Positions 54,714 through 64,000 of a DNA stretch of 64,000 bases are shown here, piece by piece; within the stretch, counting starts at the first letter, position 1; every line of letters begins with the position of its first letter. This stretch comes from Acidobacteriota bacterium (GTDB lineage: Bacteria; Acidobacteriota; UBA6911), in the NCBI GenBank assembly GCA_035506515.1, contig DATJPG010000042.1:11235-75234 (forward strand), read 5' to 3'. The notes below the pieces were generated by a model, which saw only the letters and a program-made list of their open reading frames with translations, was not told the origin of the DNA and did not search any database. Made by a program: the position numbers and the translations under genes.

Positions 54714-56432
54714 TCAGTATTTCCTCTCCTCGGGTTTCCAACTCGTAATGGTAACCGGTTTATAATCGAGCTTTGGACCTTGCTCCGTGAGGAAAGCCAG
54801 CGTGTGCTTTAACCAGTTCGCATCATCGCGATGGGGATAATCGCGCCGCGCATGTCCACCCCGCGATTCGGTCCGCGCGAGAGCTCCCGTAACCGTGATT
54901 TCCGCGAGATCCAGCAGGTTCGCAATTTCCAGAGCATGGTACAGGTTGGTATTGTAGACGGTGCTCTTGTCCTCGATGCTGATATTTGTGTACCGTTGCC
55001 TCAGTGATTTTATCTTTTCAAGCCCACGGCTCAATTCGGGACCTGTGCGGAAGACGCCCGCATTCACATCCATGCAGGTGCGCAATTCCCTGCGGATGTC
55101 GTACAGGTTTTCTTTTCCGTTCCGGGCCATGAGGTCATCGAATATCCGCTTGTGCTCCGCATCGACCCGAGCTTCAGGCACCGGGGCGGCTTGTTTCACT
55201 TCATTGCAGTACCGGCCGGCTTCCCCGCCGGAGATCTTTCCCCAGACAAGGCATTCCGCGGTCGAATTGGAGCCCAGGCGGTTGGCTCCATGCAGGCTCA
55301 CGCAAGCCGCTTCCCCGGCGGCCCAGATGCCTTTGACCCGGGTTGCTCCATGGATATTCGTCTCTATGCCCCCCATGGAGTAATGTGCTACCGGCCTGCA
55401 GGGAATGGGTTCCTTAATGGGATCTATGTCGTTAAACTCAATGCAAACTTCCCGGATCAGTGGCAGGCGCTCATTAATGGTTTTGGCTCCCAAATGCACC
55501 AGGTCGAGGTAGATGTAATCAAGTCCGCTCGGCTCCTTAACCCCGTGTCCTTCCTCGATTTCCGTCATCTCCGACCGGGAGATCAGATCTCGCGGCGCCA
55601 GTTCCAGCTTGGAAGGCGCATATTTGTGCATGAACCGGTCGCCCTTGCTGTTGATCAGGTATGCGCCCTCCCCGCGGCAGGCCTCGGTTATAAGAATGCC
55701 CGATGGCACAAGGCCGGTAGGGTGAAACTGCAAAAACTCCATATCCTCCAAAGGAATTCCTGCGCGATACGCCAAGGCCATACCGTCGCCTGTAACTGTC
55801 TGGGAATAGGTGGTAAATCCGAACAACGTCCCTGCTCCGCCACTGGCAATAATCAGGGCCTTGCCTCGCATGACCTTGAACTTGCCTGTGGTCATATCAA
55901 TGACAGTCAAGCCGGCGAAGGTATTGTTTTCGACCAGGATCGATGTGACGAAGTGTTCGTTGTAATGCTTGACAGCATTGTATTTAAGCAATGTGTCGTA
56001 TAGCGTTTGCATCTCAAAAAATCCGGTTTTATCCTGGGCCAGCACGGCGCGCGGATAACTATGGCCCCCAAAAGGCCTTTGAGCAATGCGCCCGTCTGCT
56101 CTCCGCGTCCAGGGGATTCCCCAGTGATCCAGCTGCAGAATCTCGGAAGGCATCGTGTTAACAAACAGATCGACGACATCCTGATCTGCCAGGAAGTCGC
56201 TTCCTTTCACCGTATCCCACGCGTGGAGCTCGATGCTGTCTCCGTCCTCCGGACGCAACACAGCCGCCGTGCCGCCTTCCGCCGCAACGGAATGTGCACG
56301 CATCAGCTGGTTCTTGGAAATGATTGCAATATCCAACTTTCCTTGGGCTGCACGCGAAGCTTCTATTGCTGCGCGCAAGCCGGCCAGTCCTGCGCCGAAA
56401 ATAATCAGATCATGAGTAAAAACGTCCGCCAT
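54714..56432 (-). CDS. sdhA: Succinate dehydrogenase/fumarate reductase flavoprotein subunit
   Basis: HDLIIFGAGLAGLRAA FAD-binding motif, covalent-FAD His region (RAHSVAAEGG), 572 aa. AGGAGG RBS. Confidence 0.93.
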   Translation of the reverse strand: MADVFTHDLIIFGAGLAGLRAAIEASRAAQGKLDIAIISKNQLMRAHSVAAEGGTAAVLRPEDGDSIELHAWDTVKGSDFLADQDVVDLFVNTMPSEILQLDHWGIPWTRRADGRIAQRPFGGHSYPRAVLAQDKTGFFEMQTLYDTLLKYNAVKHYNEHFVTSILVENNTFAGLTVIDMTTGKFKVMRGKALIIASGGAGTLFGFTTYSQTVTGDGMALAYRAGIPLEDMEFLQFHPTGLVPSGILITEACRGEGAYLINSKGDRFMHKYAPSKLELAPRDLISRSEMTEIEEGHGVKEPSGLDYIYLDLVHLGAKTINERLPLIREVCIEFNDIDPIKEPIPCRPVAHYSMGGIETNIHGATRVKGIWAAGEAACVSLHGANRLGSNSTAECLVWGKISGGEAGRYCNEVKQAAPVPEARVDAEHKRIFDDLMARNGKENLYDIRRELRTCMDVNAGVFRTGPELSRGLEKIKSLRQRYTNISIEDKSTVYNTNLYHALEIANLLDLAEITVTGALARTESRGGHARRDYPHRDDANWLKHTLAFLTEQGPKLDYKPVTITSWKPEERKY

Positions 56433-56521
56433 GTGGCGCCTCCTATTTCAGACTCGGAGACATATTGTTTCAGAATTGACGGGAACCTTCAATGGCTGGA
56501 GCTTCTGAATTCGGGCTTTGA

Positions 56522-57727
56522 CTATATTTTTTGATATCTCTCAAGACCTGCGGCAAGCGCCTCGATGGCTTCCTCGATGGAGCTCCTGTTGAGCACATAC
56601 GCAAATCGCGCCTGCTGAGTTCCGTACCCTGGCTGCATATAAAAACCTGCAGCCGGCGCTATAAAGGTTGTTCTCATTTTGTACGAAAACTCCGATAGCA
56701 GAAACGCTGCAAAGCGTTCGGCATCATCAACCGGAAGCTGAACCACAGAATAAAAAGCACCCTGAGGCTTGTGAATTGCCACTCCGGGTATTTCCCTCAG
56801 AGCATTATAGAGAGCGTCACGACGAGACTTGAATTCACTTCGCACGCCTTCAAGATATTCATCCTGGATATGATCCAGCATATAAGCGGATGCAAATTGC
56901 TCAATCGTTGGAGCCGCAAGACGCGCTTGGGCTATCTTGAGCGTCGCGGCAAGGATTTCTTCATTGCAGGTGACCAGGCAGCCTATCCGTGCACCGCACA
57001 AACTGAAACGTTTGGACAGGCTATCCACGACGATCACGCGTTCGCTGTTCGGGACCAGGTGCAGGATCGAAAGCGGCTTGAGGTCATCGTACACAAATTC
57101 CCGATAGGTCTCATCCACGATCAAGAAAAGATTATTTGCCTCGCAGATGTCATACAGGAACCGAAGCTCCTCTTCAGTACAGACCGTCCCCGTGGGATTG
57201 TTTGGGCTGCAAGCCAAGATGGCCCGCGTGCGGGGCGTAATCCGTTTCTCAATTTCGCTTGGCGCCGGAAGTGCGAAATTATTTTCCATATTACTCAACA
57301 CCGGCACCAGGCGGACGCCGGCGATTGAGGCGAAACCCAGGTAGTTGGCATACGTCGGATCGAAGACGATGATTTCATCGCCGGGATCGCAGCAGGTCAT
57401 GAACAGAAACACGAGAGCCTCACTGGCCCCCATCGTTATTAATAGCTGTTCCGGCGTGGTCTGGATCCGCAGCGTTCTGTTGATATATTTCGACCAGGCG
57501 AGACATAAACTCTCGTTTCCCTGGGATTGCTCGTAGGCGACAACTTTCTGCTTGAACAAAGACAGCCCATCGAAAAATTCTTTGGGAGATTCGATGTCCG
57601 GCTGCCCGATATTCAGGTGATATACGTAGATCCCGGACTTCTTGGCTTTGGTTGCCAGGTGGGCAAGTTTACGGATAGGAGATGGAGGTGTAACACGGGC
57701 ACGGTCCGATAGGTTGGTCTTGCTCAT
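56522..57727 (-). CDS. Pyridoxal-phosphate-dependent aminotransferase, class I/II (AspC-like)
   Basis: About 400 aa with the PLP-lysine region SLSKRFSLCGARIG. The start is at the Met after GGAGA; the ORF track extends to 57739. Confidence 0.8.
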   Translation of the reverse strand: MSKTNLSDRARVTPPSPIRKLAHLATKAKKSGIYVYHLNIGQPDIESPKEFFDGLSLFKQKVVAYEQSQGNESLCLAWSKYINRTLRIQTTPEQLLITMGASEALVFLFMTCCDPGDEIIVFDPTYANYLGFASIAGVRLVPVLSNMENNFALPAPSEIEKRITPRTRAILACSPNNPTGTVCTEEELRFLYDICEANNLFLIVDETYREFVYDDLKPLSILHLVPNSERVIVVDSLSKRFSLCGARIGCLVTCNEEILAATLKIAQARLAAPTIEQFASAYMLDHIQDEYLEGVRSEFKSRRDALYNALREIPGVAIHKPQGAFYSVVQLPVDDAERFAAFLLSEFSYKMRTTFIAPAAGFYMQPGYGTQQARFAYVLNRSSIEEAIEALAAGLERYQKI

Positions 57728-58004
57728 TGCGGTCTCCATTTAGCCAGAGGTACGGATAAGCAAGACTATCCTTTTCTCAAAAGATGATCAAGTTGTAAGA
57801 CTGCTTGCGCCGCGAGCAGAGAAGTTGCGGCCGATGGCCATAAATACTGGAATATTTTCTTTGGGCTCTGGTCGAAACCGGTCTTTTGCCTTAAACTTCC
57901 CTCAAGCACGACCGGGTATATGGTCAATCCCGCGGGGATTGACGAGTGTATAGGGTGCAATCTCATTTTCTAGGCTCGATGATTGTTGTGAAACGGAGGA
58001 ATCG

Positions 58005-58598
58005 ATGGCGTATCAGGCGATAAATTACGAGAAGCTTTTGGGAACAGAGGGATTGAGCAACCAACTGTTGAACAATCATTTCACGTTGTATAACGGCTAT
58101 GTCACCAATACTAACAAATTAATGGATGAGCTGGCAGAGCTCGAAAAACAGGGGAAAGCGGGCACTCCTCAGTATGCAGAAATGAAGCGGCGATTCGGCT
58201 GGGAATTTGACGGAATGAGGCTGCACGAGCTCTATTTCGGGAACATGGTGAAGGGCGGAGCTGCGCTGGATACGAAATCCAAATTTTGCGCGAAGATAGC
58301 CGAAGATTTCGGATCTCTCGAAAATTGCGCGAAGCAATTCAAAGCAATCGGAGCAATGCGCGGAATCGGCTGGACCGTGCTTTACTATGATCCGGCGGGA
58401 AACAAACTCATCAATACATGGATTGGCGAGCATGATACCGGACACCTCGCCGGAGCAGCCCCGATCCTGATCATGGATGTTTTCGAGCATGCCTTCATGA
58501 TCGATTACGGTTTGAAGCGTGCGGATTACATTGAAGCTTTCTTCAAAGCGATCGATTGGACGGCTGCAGCGCAGCGTTATGACGCGGCGGCACGCTAG
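58005..58598 (+). CDS. sod: Fe/Mn-family superoxide dismutase
   Basis: Conserved metal-ligand His (HHFTLYNGYV) and the D..EH..Y signature (DVFEHAFMIDY). GGAGGA RBS. Confidence 0.9.
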   Translation: MAYQAINYEKLLGTEGLSNQLLNNHFTLYNGYVTNTNKLMDELAELEKQGKAGTPQYAEMKRRFGWEFDGMRLHELYFGNMVKGGAALDTKSKFCAKIAEDFGSLENCAKQFKAIGAMRGIGWTVLYYDPAGNKLINTWIGEHDTGHLAGAAPILIMDVFEHAFMIDYGLKRADYIEAFFKAIDWTAAAQRYDAAAR

Positions 58599-58652
58599 GT
58601 TATCCAGTGTTATGCAGGGTTTAACGTCCTGGCGGCGGTAAGAAGAAAATGT

Positions 58653-58706
58653 AGGAGCCTGTCCGAGTAATAGGAGGAGCCGCTTCCATTACTCGGACAG
58701 GCTCCT
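58653..58706. terminator. 19-bp stem hairpin between convergent sod and a hypothetical gene (bidirectional terminator candidate)
   Basis: aggagcctgtccgagtaat aggaggagccgcttcc attactcggacaggctcct. Confidence 0.55.
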
Positions 58707-58790
58707 AGCCACGGATTTGCGCGGATTATGGAAATAACTCGTGGAATTCGTGGCCTTCGTTTTCTTTTGAGTCCACGCTCAGGAGGCGCT

Positions 58791-59546
58791 TCAGAGCATT
58801 GCGTCGAACTGGATGGTCAGAAGATGGCCCAGTTCGAACAGACGGCAGAAGCCGTTGCGCAATTTATACCGGAGTTCTTTCGAATGATCCTCTTCCTGGA
58901 AGCGCGCGGCAACCTGGTGGATCTGGTCTTTGAGCTCGGAATCCGTCAACAAAGCGAAAATCTGCATCATTTCCACGATCCGATACAAGGCATTCAGCAG
59001 ATGCTCCCAACCTGAGGAGGCCGCCTTGGCGGCAGCCGCAAACCGCTGCTCCACCTGCCGGATCACCGGGCTCATTGTCTGATCCTGGTCGAGGGCAATT
59101 ACGACGAGGCCAAGCAGGGGAAAGCTGGCGCGCAAGGCCGCAGCCGATCGCTCGACGGGATCTTCGGATTCGGCGCTTTTGTGCACCAACTCATCCACAT
59201 TTTGTATCAGCGCCGCAGATTCGGCGTTCCCTTCCGTCAGCTGGTGGCCGATCGTGTTGAAGCTGTTGTAAATCGAAAAAGTGGCGTTGATCAGGCAATC
59301 TAAAAAATTTTCGGCATTCCTGCTCCCCTCGCGAAAGAGAGCGATTCGCTGGTCGATCAAATCTTCGTAGCGGCTATTTTTATCGATGGTCCTCGAAAGC
59401 CAGGTCAATACCTCGACCACATGATAAGCCGCCACAATCGCCTGGCCCTCAGCGTCGCCTTCTCTGTCGGCGTATTGTTCGAGATAATCCCGCCAGAGCT
59501 GCATCAATTGTTGTCCGGATTGTCCTTGTCCCGGTGGATAGATCAT
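58791..59546 (-). CDS. Hypothetical protein
   Basis: 251-aa ORF with consistent codon usage and no recognisable motifs. The start is uncertain. Confidence 0.45.
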   Translation of the reverse strand: MIYPPGQGQSGQQLMQLWRDYLEQYADREGDAEGQAIVAAYHVVEVLTWLSRTIDKNSRYEDLIDQRIALFREGSRNAENFLDCLINATFSIYNSFNTIGHQLTEGNAESAALIQNVDELVHKSAESEDPVERSAAALRASFPLLGLVVIALDQDQTMSPVIRQVEQRFAAAAKAASSGWEHLLNALYRIVEMMQIFALLTDSELKDQIHQVAARFQEEDHSKELRYKLRNGFCRLFELGHLLTIQFDAML

Positions 59547-59651
59547 AATTTCCCGTTTTCAGCGTCCCGCGCCGCGTTTGAAATTCTTTCGAAAAACTGG
59601 AACGGGTAACGGAGGCGATTTTGATTCTAACACTGATATAATGATTCGCAC

Positions 59652-60614
59652 ATGTTTAAGATCCGGGATGTGATCATCGATCCACCGCTCGTCCTGGCCC
59701 CAGTTGCGGGTCATACGGACTCTCTTTTCCGCCAGGCCATCAAGGGCCTGGGCGGATGCGGACTGGTTGTCTCCGAGCTTGTGAGCACAGAGGGGATGAC
59801 ACGCCACCAGGATAAAACCTCCTATCTGACGCGCTTTGAGCAATCCGAACGACCGATCGCCATTCAGATTTTCGGTTCCAGGGCCGAACGCATGGCGGAT
59901 TCCGCTGCGATGGTCGAAGCGATGGGGGCCGATCTGGTAGACGTCAATTTGGGGTGTCCGGTCAAAAAGGTCGTGAGGCAAGGGGGCGGCAGCAATCTCC
60001 TGCGAGACTTACCGCTGATGGAAAAGATTCTAAAGGCCGTGCGGAGAGCCGTCCGAATCCCGCTCACAATAAAAATCCGTTCGGGGTGGGACCAAAATTC
60101 CATCAATGCTCCCGAAGTGCTGCGGCTCGCCGAAGACTGCGGGGTGGAAGCGCTCACAATCCACGGCAGAACACGCTGTGATCTGTTTGCGGGCCATGCG
60201 GACTGGGGAATCATTGCGAAGGTCAAACAGACCGCACGTATCCCAATCATCGGCAATGGAGATATCTTCACGCCGGCGGATGCCGAGCGCATGTTCCGCG
60301 AAACCGGAGTCGACGGCATCATGATCGGCCGGGGAACCATGAGCAATCCATGGCTGATACGCCAGTGCTGGGATCACTTGAACGGGAAGGAAGCGGTCTC
60401 AGTGAGCCTGGAAGAACGCATGGATTTTGTGATGACGTTTCTTCAGCGAGTCAATCTGGAGTTGCCGCCCCCCGTTGCCCTTGGAAAGATCAAGAAGATC
60501 GGCGGATATTTTTCGAGGGGATTTCCCGGCAGCGCCCAGCTGAGGGCTCGAATCCATGGCTCCCACACAACCGCAGAGCTATTCGAGGCGATTCGCGAGC
60601 ATTTTGGTATCTAA
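59652..60614 (+). CDS. dus: tRNA-dihydrouridine synthase (DusB-like)
   Basis: LAPVAGHTDSLFR, a TIM-barrel FMN site (DVNLGCPVKKV) and the catalytic Cys are present. Confidence 0.88.
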   Translation: MFKIRDVIIDPPLVLAPVAGHTDSLFRQAIKGLGGCGLVVSELVSTEGMTRHQDKTSYLTRFEQSERPIAIQIFGSRAERMADSAAMVEAMGADLVDVNLGCPVKKVVRQGGGSNLLRDLPLMEKILKAVRRAVRIPLTIKIRSGWDQNSINAPEVLRLAEDCGVEALTIHGRTRCDLFAGHADWGIIAKVKQTARIPIIGNGDIFTPADAERMFRETGVDGIMIGRGTMSNPWLIRQCWDHLNGKEAVSVSLEERMDFVMTFLQRVNLELPPPVALGKIKKIGGYFSRGFPGSAQLRARIHGSHTTAELFEAIREHFGI

Positions 60615-60638
60615 AATAGGGTTCGCCGGAGTGGAAGC

Positions 60639-61421
60639 CTATTCCAACCGTTTATTTTTCCGACGCCAGCCAAATAGGGCGGCTGCCCCAATGCTTATAA
60701 AATAAAGCAAAAGCATTGGAGCCGACCATACCATCAAATTGAAGGCATCTCCAGTCGGGGATATAACGGCGGCGAGAATAACAATAATGACAATCGCGTA
60801 TTGGAATTTTCGCCAGAGGAAGCCTGCCGTAACCAAGCCGAACATGGAGAGGAAGGCTGCGATAACAGGCATTTCAAAAATGCCTCCGAAGCCCAGCAGC
60901 ATCATGTCCGTCAGATCGAGATAATCATTAATCAGGATCATCGGAGTGAATGATGATCCCATCTCAATAAGAATTTTAAAGGTCGACGGAAGAACCAGGT
61001 AATAGCAAAATGAGGCGCCCAGAAGGAAAAGGACGATCGAGGAAACCAGGAACGGAATAACGTATTTCTTTTCCTTTCTATAGAGCCCGGGTGCAATAAA
61101 CTTCCACACTTCGTAGAGAGTCAGCGGAATCGTCAGAAAGATGCCCGCCAAAAAGGCAACTTTCATGTAAAGAATGAAAGGATCCGTCGGCTTTGTAAAA
61201 ACGAGTTTCGTGCCTGCAGGAAGCGCTTTGATGATGGGGACAGCCAGAAAGTCGTAAATCTTTTTAGAGAAAACCCAACTGGCAAGGAAGCCAACTGCAA
61301 TATAAACAGCGATATGAACCAGACGTTTGCGGAGTTCATCAAGGTGTTCGAGGAACGACATTTTGCCGGATTCGGTCTCCGGCTCTTTTGCTTTGTTGGG
61401 CTCGGGCGTCGCGTCACTCAT
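60639..61421 (-). CDS. tatC: Twin-arginine translocase subunit TatC
   Basis: MSFLEHLDELRKRL motif and 6 TM helices. Its ATGA start overlaps the tatA stop. Confidence 0.9.
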   Translation of the reverse strand: MSDATPEPNKAKEPETESGKMSFLEHLDELRKRLVHIAVYIAVGFLASWVFSKKIYDFLAVPIIKALPAGTKLVFTKPTDPFILYMKVAFLAGIFLTIPLTLYEVWKFIAPGLYRKEKKYVIPFLVSSIVLFLLGASFCYYLVLPSTFKILIEMGSSFTPMILINDYLDLTDMMLLGFGGIFEMPVIAAFLSMFGLVTAGFLWRKFQYAIVIIVILAAVISPTGDAFNLMVWSAPMLLLYFISIGAAALFGWRRKNKRLE

Positions 61422-61693
61422 TGATTCTCTTTTGGCTCTGCGGAGGGTTTGTTCTCGCTGGGTGTTTCGGTTAGCTGCGTGGTGGTATCCTTGACGATTT
61501 CGGAGATAGCCTCCTTTTCCTTATCCAGCCGAACTTCGTCCTCCCACGTTTGCTTCAACTCGTTGGAAGCCTTCTTAAACTCGGCGAGGCCCTTTCCTAT
61601 GGTCTTTCCCAATTCCGGCAGTTTCCTGGGGCCAAAGACGATGAGGGCAATGATAAAAATAACAATGATCTCCTGCATGCCCAAAGAGCCCAT
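61418..61693 (-). CDS. tatA: Twin-arginine translocase TatA/E-family subunit
   Basis: MGSLGMQEIIVIFIIALIVFGPRKLPELG: an N-terminal TM helix plus an amphipathic helix. 91 aa. Confidence 0.88.
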   Translation of the reverse strand: MGSLGMQEIIVIFIIALIVFGPRKLPELGKTIGKGLAEFKKASNELKQTWEDEVRLDKEKEAISEIVKDTTTQLTETPSENKPSAEPKENQ

Positions 61694-61821
61694 AACCCCA
61701 CCTGCTTTCTCAGCCTAAAGCTAGCTTCAATGTCGTGGCTAAAGTCTAGATTAGCAAAATCCGGAAGTCAAGCTGACCCGCACTTATCGCGGGAATTCGA
61801 ATCGAGCCCGCGAATACGATA

Positions 61822-61912
61822 GATTTCAAATTCCAGATTCTCGATTCCAGACTTCATGGCGCAGGTCGAAGAATGCAAGACATCTGGAATCTGGAATTTG
61901 AAATCTGGAATC
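61822..61912. repeat. Imperfect palindrome built from reiterated CTGGAAT/ATTCCAG units in the divergent tatA-ctpA intergenic region
   Basis: tttcaaattccagattctcgattccagac...catctggaatctggaatttgaaatctggaat. It is a candidate operator or REP-like element. Confidence 0.5.
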
Positions 61913-62046
61913 CGAATGGCTCGGGCGAGTTCCGGACAGTTCATTGTCTTGCTAGCGCCATGAATCGCATGCTATACTCAACGGGCTATAAGTACTACGG
62001 TCGGAGCCAATCCTATATGAAGCAAAGATTTGCCGTGTTATTAATT

Positions 62047-63693
62047 TCAGTCGTCATTCTTTCCTCTTTGATGGGCGGTCTTCTGGGCGGCAATGTCGCC
62101 GCGAAGTCGCCATCTTCCAGCGCGACCTCGCCAAATGAGTTTCTGACAAACTTGACGGAAGCCCTGGATGTTATTCAGAAAACCTATGTGGACAAAGTCG
62201 GCCCCGACAAACTCGTGTACAGTGCTATAAAGGGCATGCTTCGGGCATTGGATCCGCATTCGAGCTTTTTCGATCCCAAAGAGTTTTCACGCCTTCGAGA
62301 AGATCAGCACAGCAAATACTTCGGACTCGGAATTCGGGTTCGACCGCTTTTGCGGGATCATGGTCGACATGTTATCGTGGATCCGCCGGCTATCGGGACT
62401 CCTGCCGAACGCAAAGGATTGCGTGCAGGAGATGTGATCACGCGAATTGAAGGCGAACCGATTGACGACTGGACTTCAGATGATGTTGTCAGCCATCTCA
62501 AGGGACCACGAGGCACTACCGTAAACATTACGATCGAGCGTCCCGGAGTCCGCGACCCCCTCGAGTTTACAATTGAGCGAGACGAAATCCCCTTAATTAC
62601 CGTTCCATACGCTTTCGAAATAAAGCCTGGTGTCGGCTATGTGAAAATTGACCGATTTTCGGAATCCACTTCCGATGAACTAGGCACAAAGCTAAAGGAT
62701 CTGAACGCAGATAATTTGTCGGCCCTAGTGATAGACCTGCGCGACAATCCGGGTGGCTTGCTGAATCAGGCAATCGAGGTATGCGATTTCTTCCTTCCGC
62801 GCGGAGATCTGGTAGTTTCCACCAAAGGACGGGCAGAAGGATCCGCCAAGGCCTATAGAGCCCAAAATAAAGAAAAGGTCGAAATCATCAAGGTTCCTCT
62901 AATTGTTCTTATAAATAGACATAGCGCAAGTGCATCTGAAATTGTGTCCGGCGCTTTACAGGATCACGACCGGGCTCTGATCGTTGGAGAAACAAGCTTC
63001 GGTAAAGGCCTGGTGCAGTCCATTTTTAACCTGGACGACGATACCGGAATGGCGCTTACTACAGCTAAGTACTACACGCCCAGCGGACGTCTGATTCAGC
63101 GGGATTACTCCGGCTCCAATTTTGAGTATTTGATGAATATGGATAATCCTGAGGCTCCCGCCGATACAAAAAACCGGGAAACTCGGGAAACCGATAATGG
63201 GCGCAAGGTTTATGGCGGTGGCGGCATTACACCGGACGTAATCGAGACCGCTCGCGAATTGAATCGTTTCGAAGCACTTCTTTCTTCAAGAGATGTGTTT
63301 TTTCAATACGCGCGACGGCTTACCTCAGGTGAAGTTCCGTCAGCCAGCAATTTTCAAATCCCTGCAAATAATGAGATTCCGGCAACGGCCAGTAAGGCTC
63401 CTAAGTCGTTGCCAAATTTAGAAATAACAAACGCCATCCTTGAAGACTTTAAAAAATATCTTACTGAACGGAAAGTGGAATTCACAGAAGAAGATATTTC
63501 AAACAACAGCGATTTCATTAAGCGGAGAATCAGGCAGGAAGTCTATACTTCGTCGTTCGGGCTCCAGGAAGGCTTTAAGATTGCCGTTCAGGGAGATTCT
63601 CAGGTATTGAAAGCGCTTGAGGTGATCCCGGAAGCGAAGCAGTTAATGGTTTCCGGCAAAGTGGCGCCAGCTGCCCAGAGCCAGACAAGATAG
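62047..63693 (+). CDS. ctpA: Carboxyl-terminal processing protease (S41 family, PDZ-containing)
   Basis: Signal/TM segment MKQRFAVLLISVVILSSL, a PDZ domain (GLRAGDVITRIEG) and the S41 catalytic Ser/Lys region (GASASEIVSGALQD). The start is at the Met after GGAG; the ORF track start at 61873 lies in the palindrome. Confidence 0.85.
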   Translation, partial: SVVILSSLMGGLLGGNVAAKSPSSSATSPNEFLTNLTEALDVIQKTYVDKVGPDKLVYSAIKGMLRALDPHSSFFDPKEFSRLREDQHSKYFGLGIRVRPLLRDHGRHVIVDPPAIGTPAERKGLRAGDVITRIEGEPIDDWTSDDVVSHLKGPRGTTVNITIERPGVRDPLEFTIERDEIPLITVPYAFEIKPGVGYVKIDRFSESTSDELGTKLKDLNADNLSALVIDLRDNPGGLLNQAIEVCDFFLPRGDLVVSTKGRAEGSAKAYRAQNKEKVEIIKVPLIVLINRHSASASEIVSGALQDHDRALIVGETSFGKGLVQSIFNLDDDTGMALTTAKYYTPSGRLIQRDYSGSNFEYLMNMDNPEAPADTKNRETRETDNGRKVYGGGGITPDVIETARELNRFEALLSSRDVFFQYARRLTSGEVPSASNFQIPANNEIPATASKAPKSLPNLEITNAILEDFKKYLTERKVEFTEEDISNNSDFIKRRIRQEVYTSSFGLQEGFKIAVQGDSQVLKALEVIPEAKQLMVSGKVAPAAQSQTR

Positions 63694-63797
63694 GGACTGC
63701 CGCCTATTTTGCAGTCTGAGTTCATAGGCAATACCGGTTTTAGGGGAATCAGCGCGCGCTTCATTCCCCAAAATAGAGACCAGAATTCGGCGATCAA

Positions 63798-64000
63798 ATG
63801 AACAGGTATAGGCCAATTCACCTGATCTTGGCATTTTGTTGCCTCTATTTGCCCTCTCAGTCTGTGATCGGGCAAATTACCGTCGCGTTTTCTGCCGTGA
63901 CCCATGAATTTTCAACAGAACCGGCTGCAACAAATGATGCCGCCGGTGTCGCAGAAAATACGAACTATCCTGCCCCAATGTCAGAACTCATGAGCGCTTC
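63798..64000 (+). CDS. 5' fragment of an ORF encoding a signal-peptide-bearing protein (runs off the window end)
   Basis: MNRYRPIHLILAFCCLYLPSQSVIG... is an open frame to the window edge. No function is assignable. Confidence 0.25.
   Translation, partial: MNRYRPIHLILAFCCLYLPSQSVIGQITVAFSAVTHEFSTEPAATNDAAGVAENTNYPAPMSELMSA

Noticed and set aside
1-64000. rRNA, tRNA, integrase/transposase, phage or plasmid genes
   Set aside because: None were recognised in any frame. The window appears to be core chromosome, with one small low-GC island and no identifiable mobile-element enzymes.

Overview
High-GC (about 60%) bacterial chromosomal segment, densely coded on both strands. No rRNA, tRNA or CRISPR was seen. 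The taxon is unknown. The gene content (T6SS, eukaryotic-like Ser/Thr kinase, hpnD-like gene, LarA paralogs) would fit a soil Acidobacteriota- or deltaproteobacterium-like organism, but that is only an inference.

The first 23 kb is a type VI secretion system (T6SS) locus. On the minus strand it carries tssB-tssC-hcp-tagJ(impE)-tssA-tssE-tssF-tssG. On the plus strand it carries tssK, a second divergent tssK paralog, then tssL-tssM followed by a SAM-methyltransferase, a CsgG-family protein and a transmembrane Ser/Thr kinase. Two co-oriented genes sit between the two tssK copies. One is a HemK/PrmC-like amino-methyltransferase with an HPPY motif. The other is a tail-anchored protein with a degenerate kinase N-lobe and about 9 Pro/Ala-rich repeats built around GSFTQMFQ/GEFTxxF, encoded as 114-bp tandem DNA repeats. 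This module is the most unusual thing in the window. clpV/tssH, vgrG, PAAR, tssJ, fha and pppA are not in the window.

From 23.8 to 37.8 kb there is a compact CoA-dependent 2-hydroxyacid cluster. It has two paralogous family-III CoA-transferases, two LarA-like racemases, an Ldh2-family dehydrogenase, a ketopantoate-reductase-like oxidoreductase, a single-subunit 2-hydroxyacyl-CoA-dehydratase-like protein with its ATPase activator, and an ADP-forming acyl-CoA synthetase. A low-GC orphan ORF interrupts it.

The rest is an ECF sigma / zinc-anti-sigma pair with a HlyD adaptor and two FtsX permeases, ahcY divergent from a SahR-like ArsR-methyltransferase regulator, hpnD-like, tex, tatD, rnhA, sdhACDB, an aminotransferase, SOD, dus, tatAC and ctpA. 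Several families of long intergenic palindromes (REP-like elements) recur across the window.
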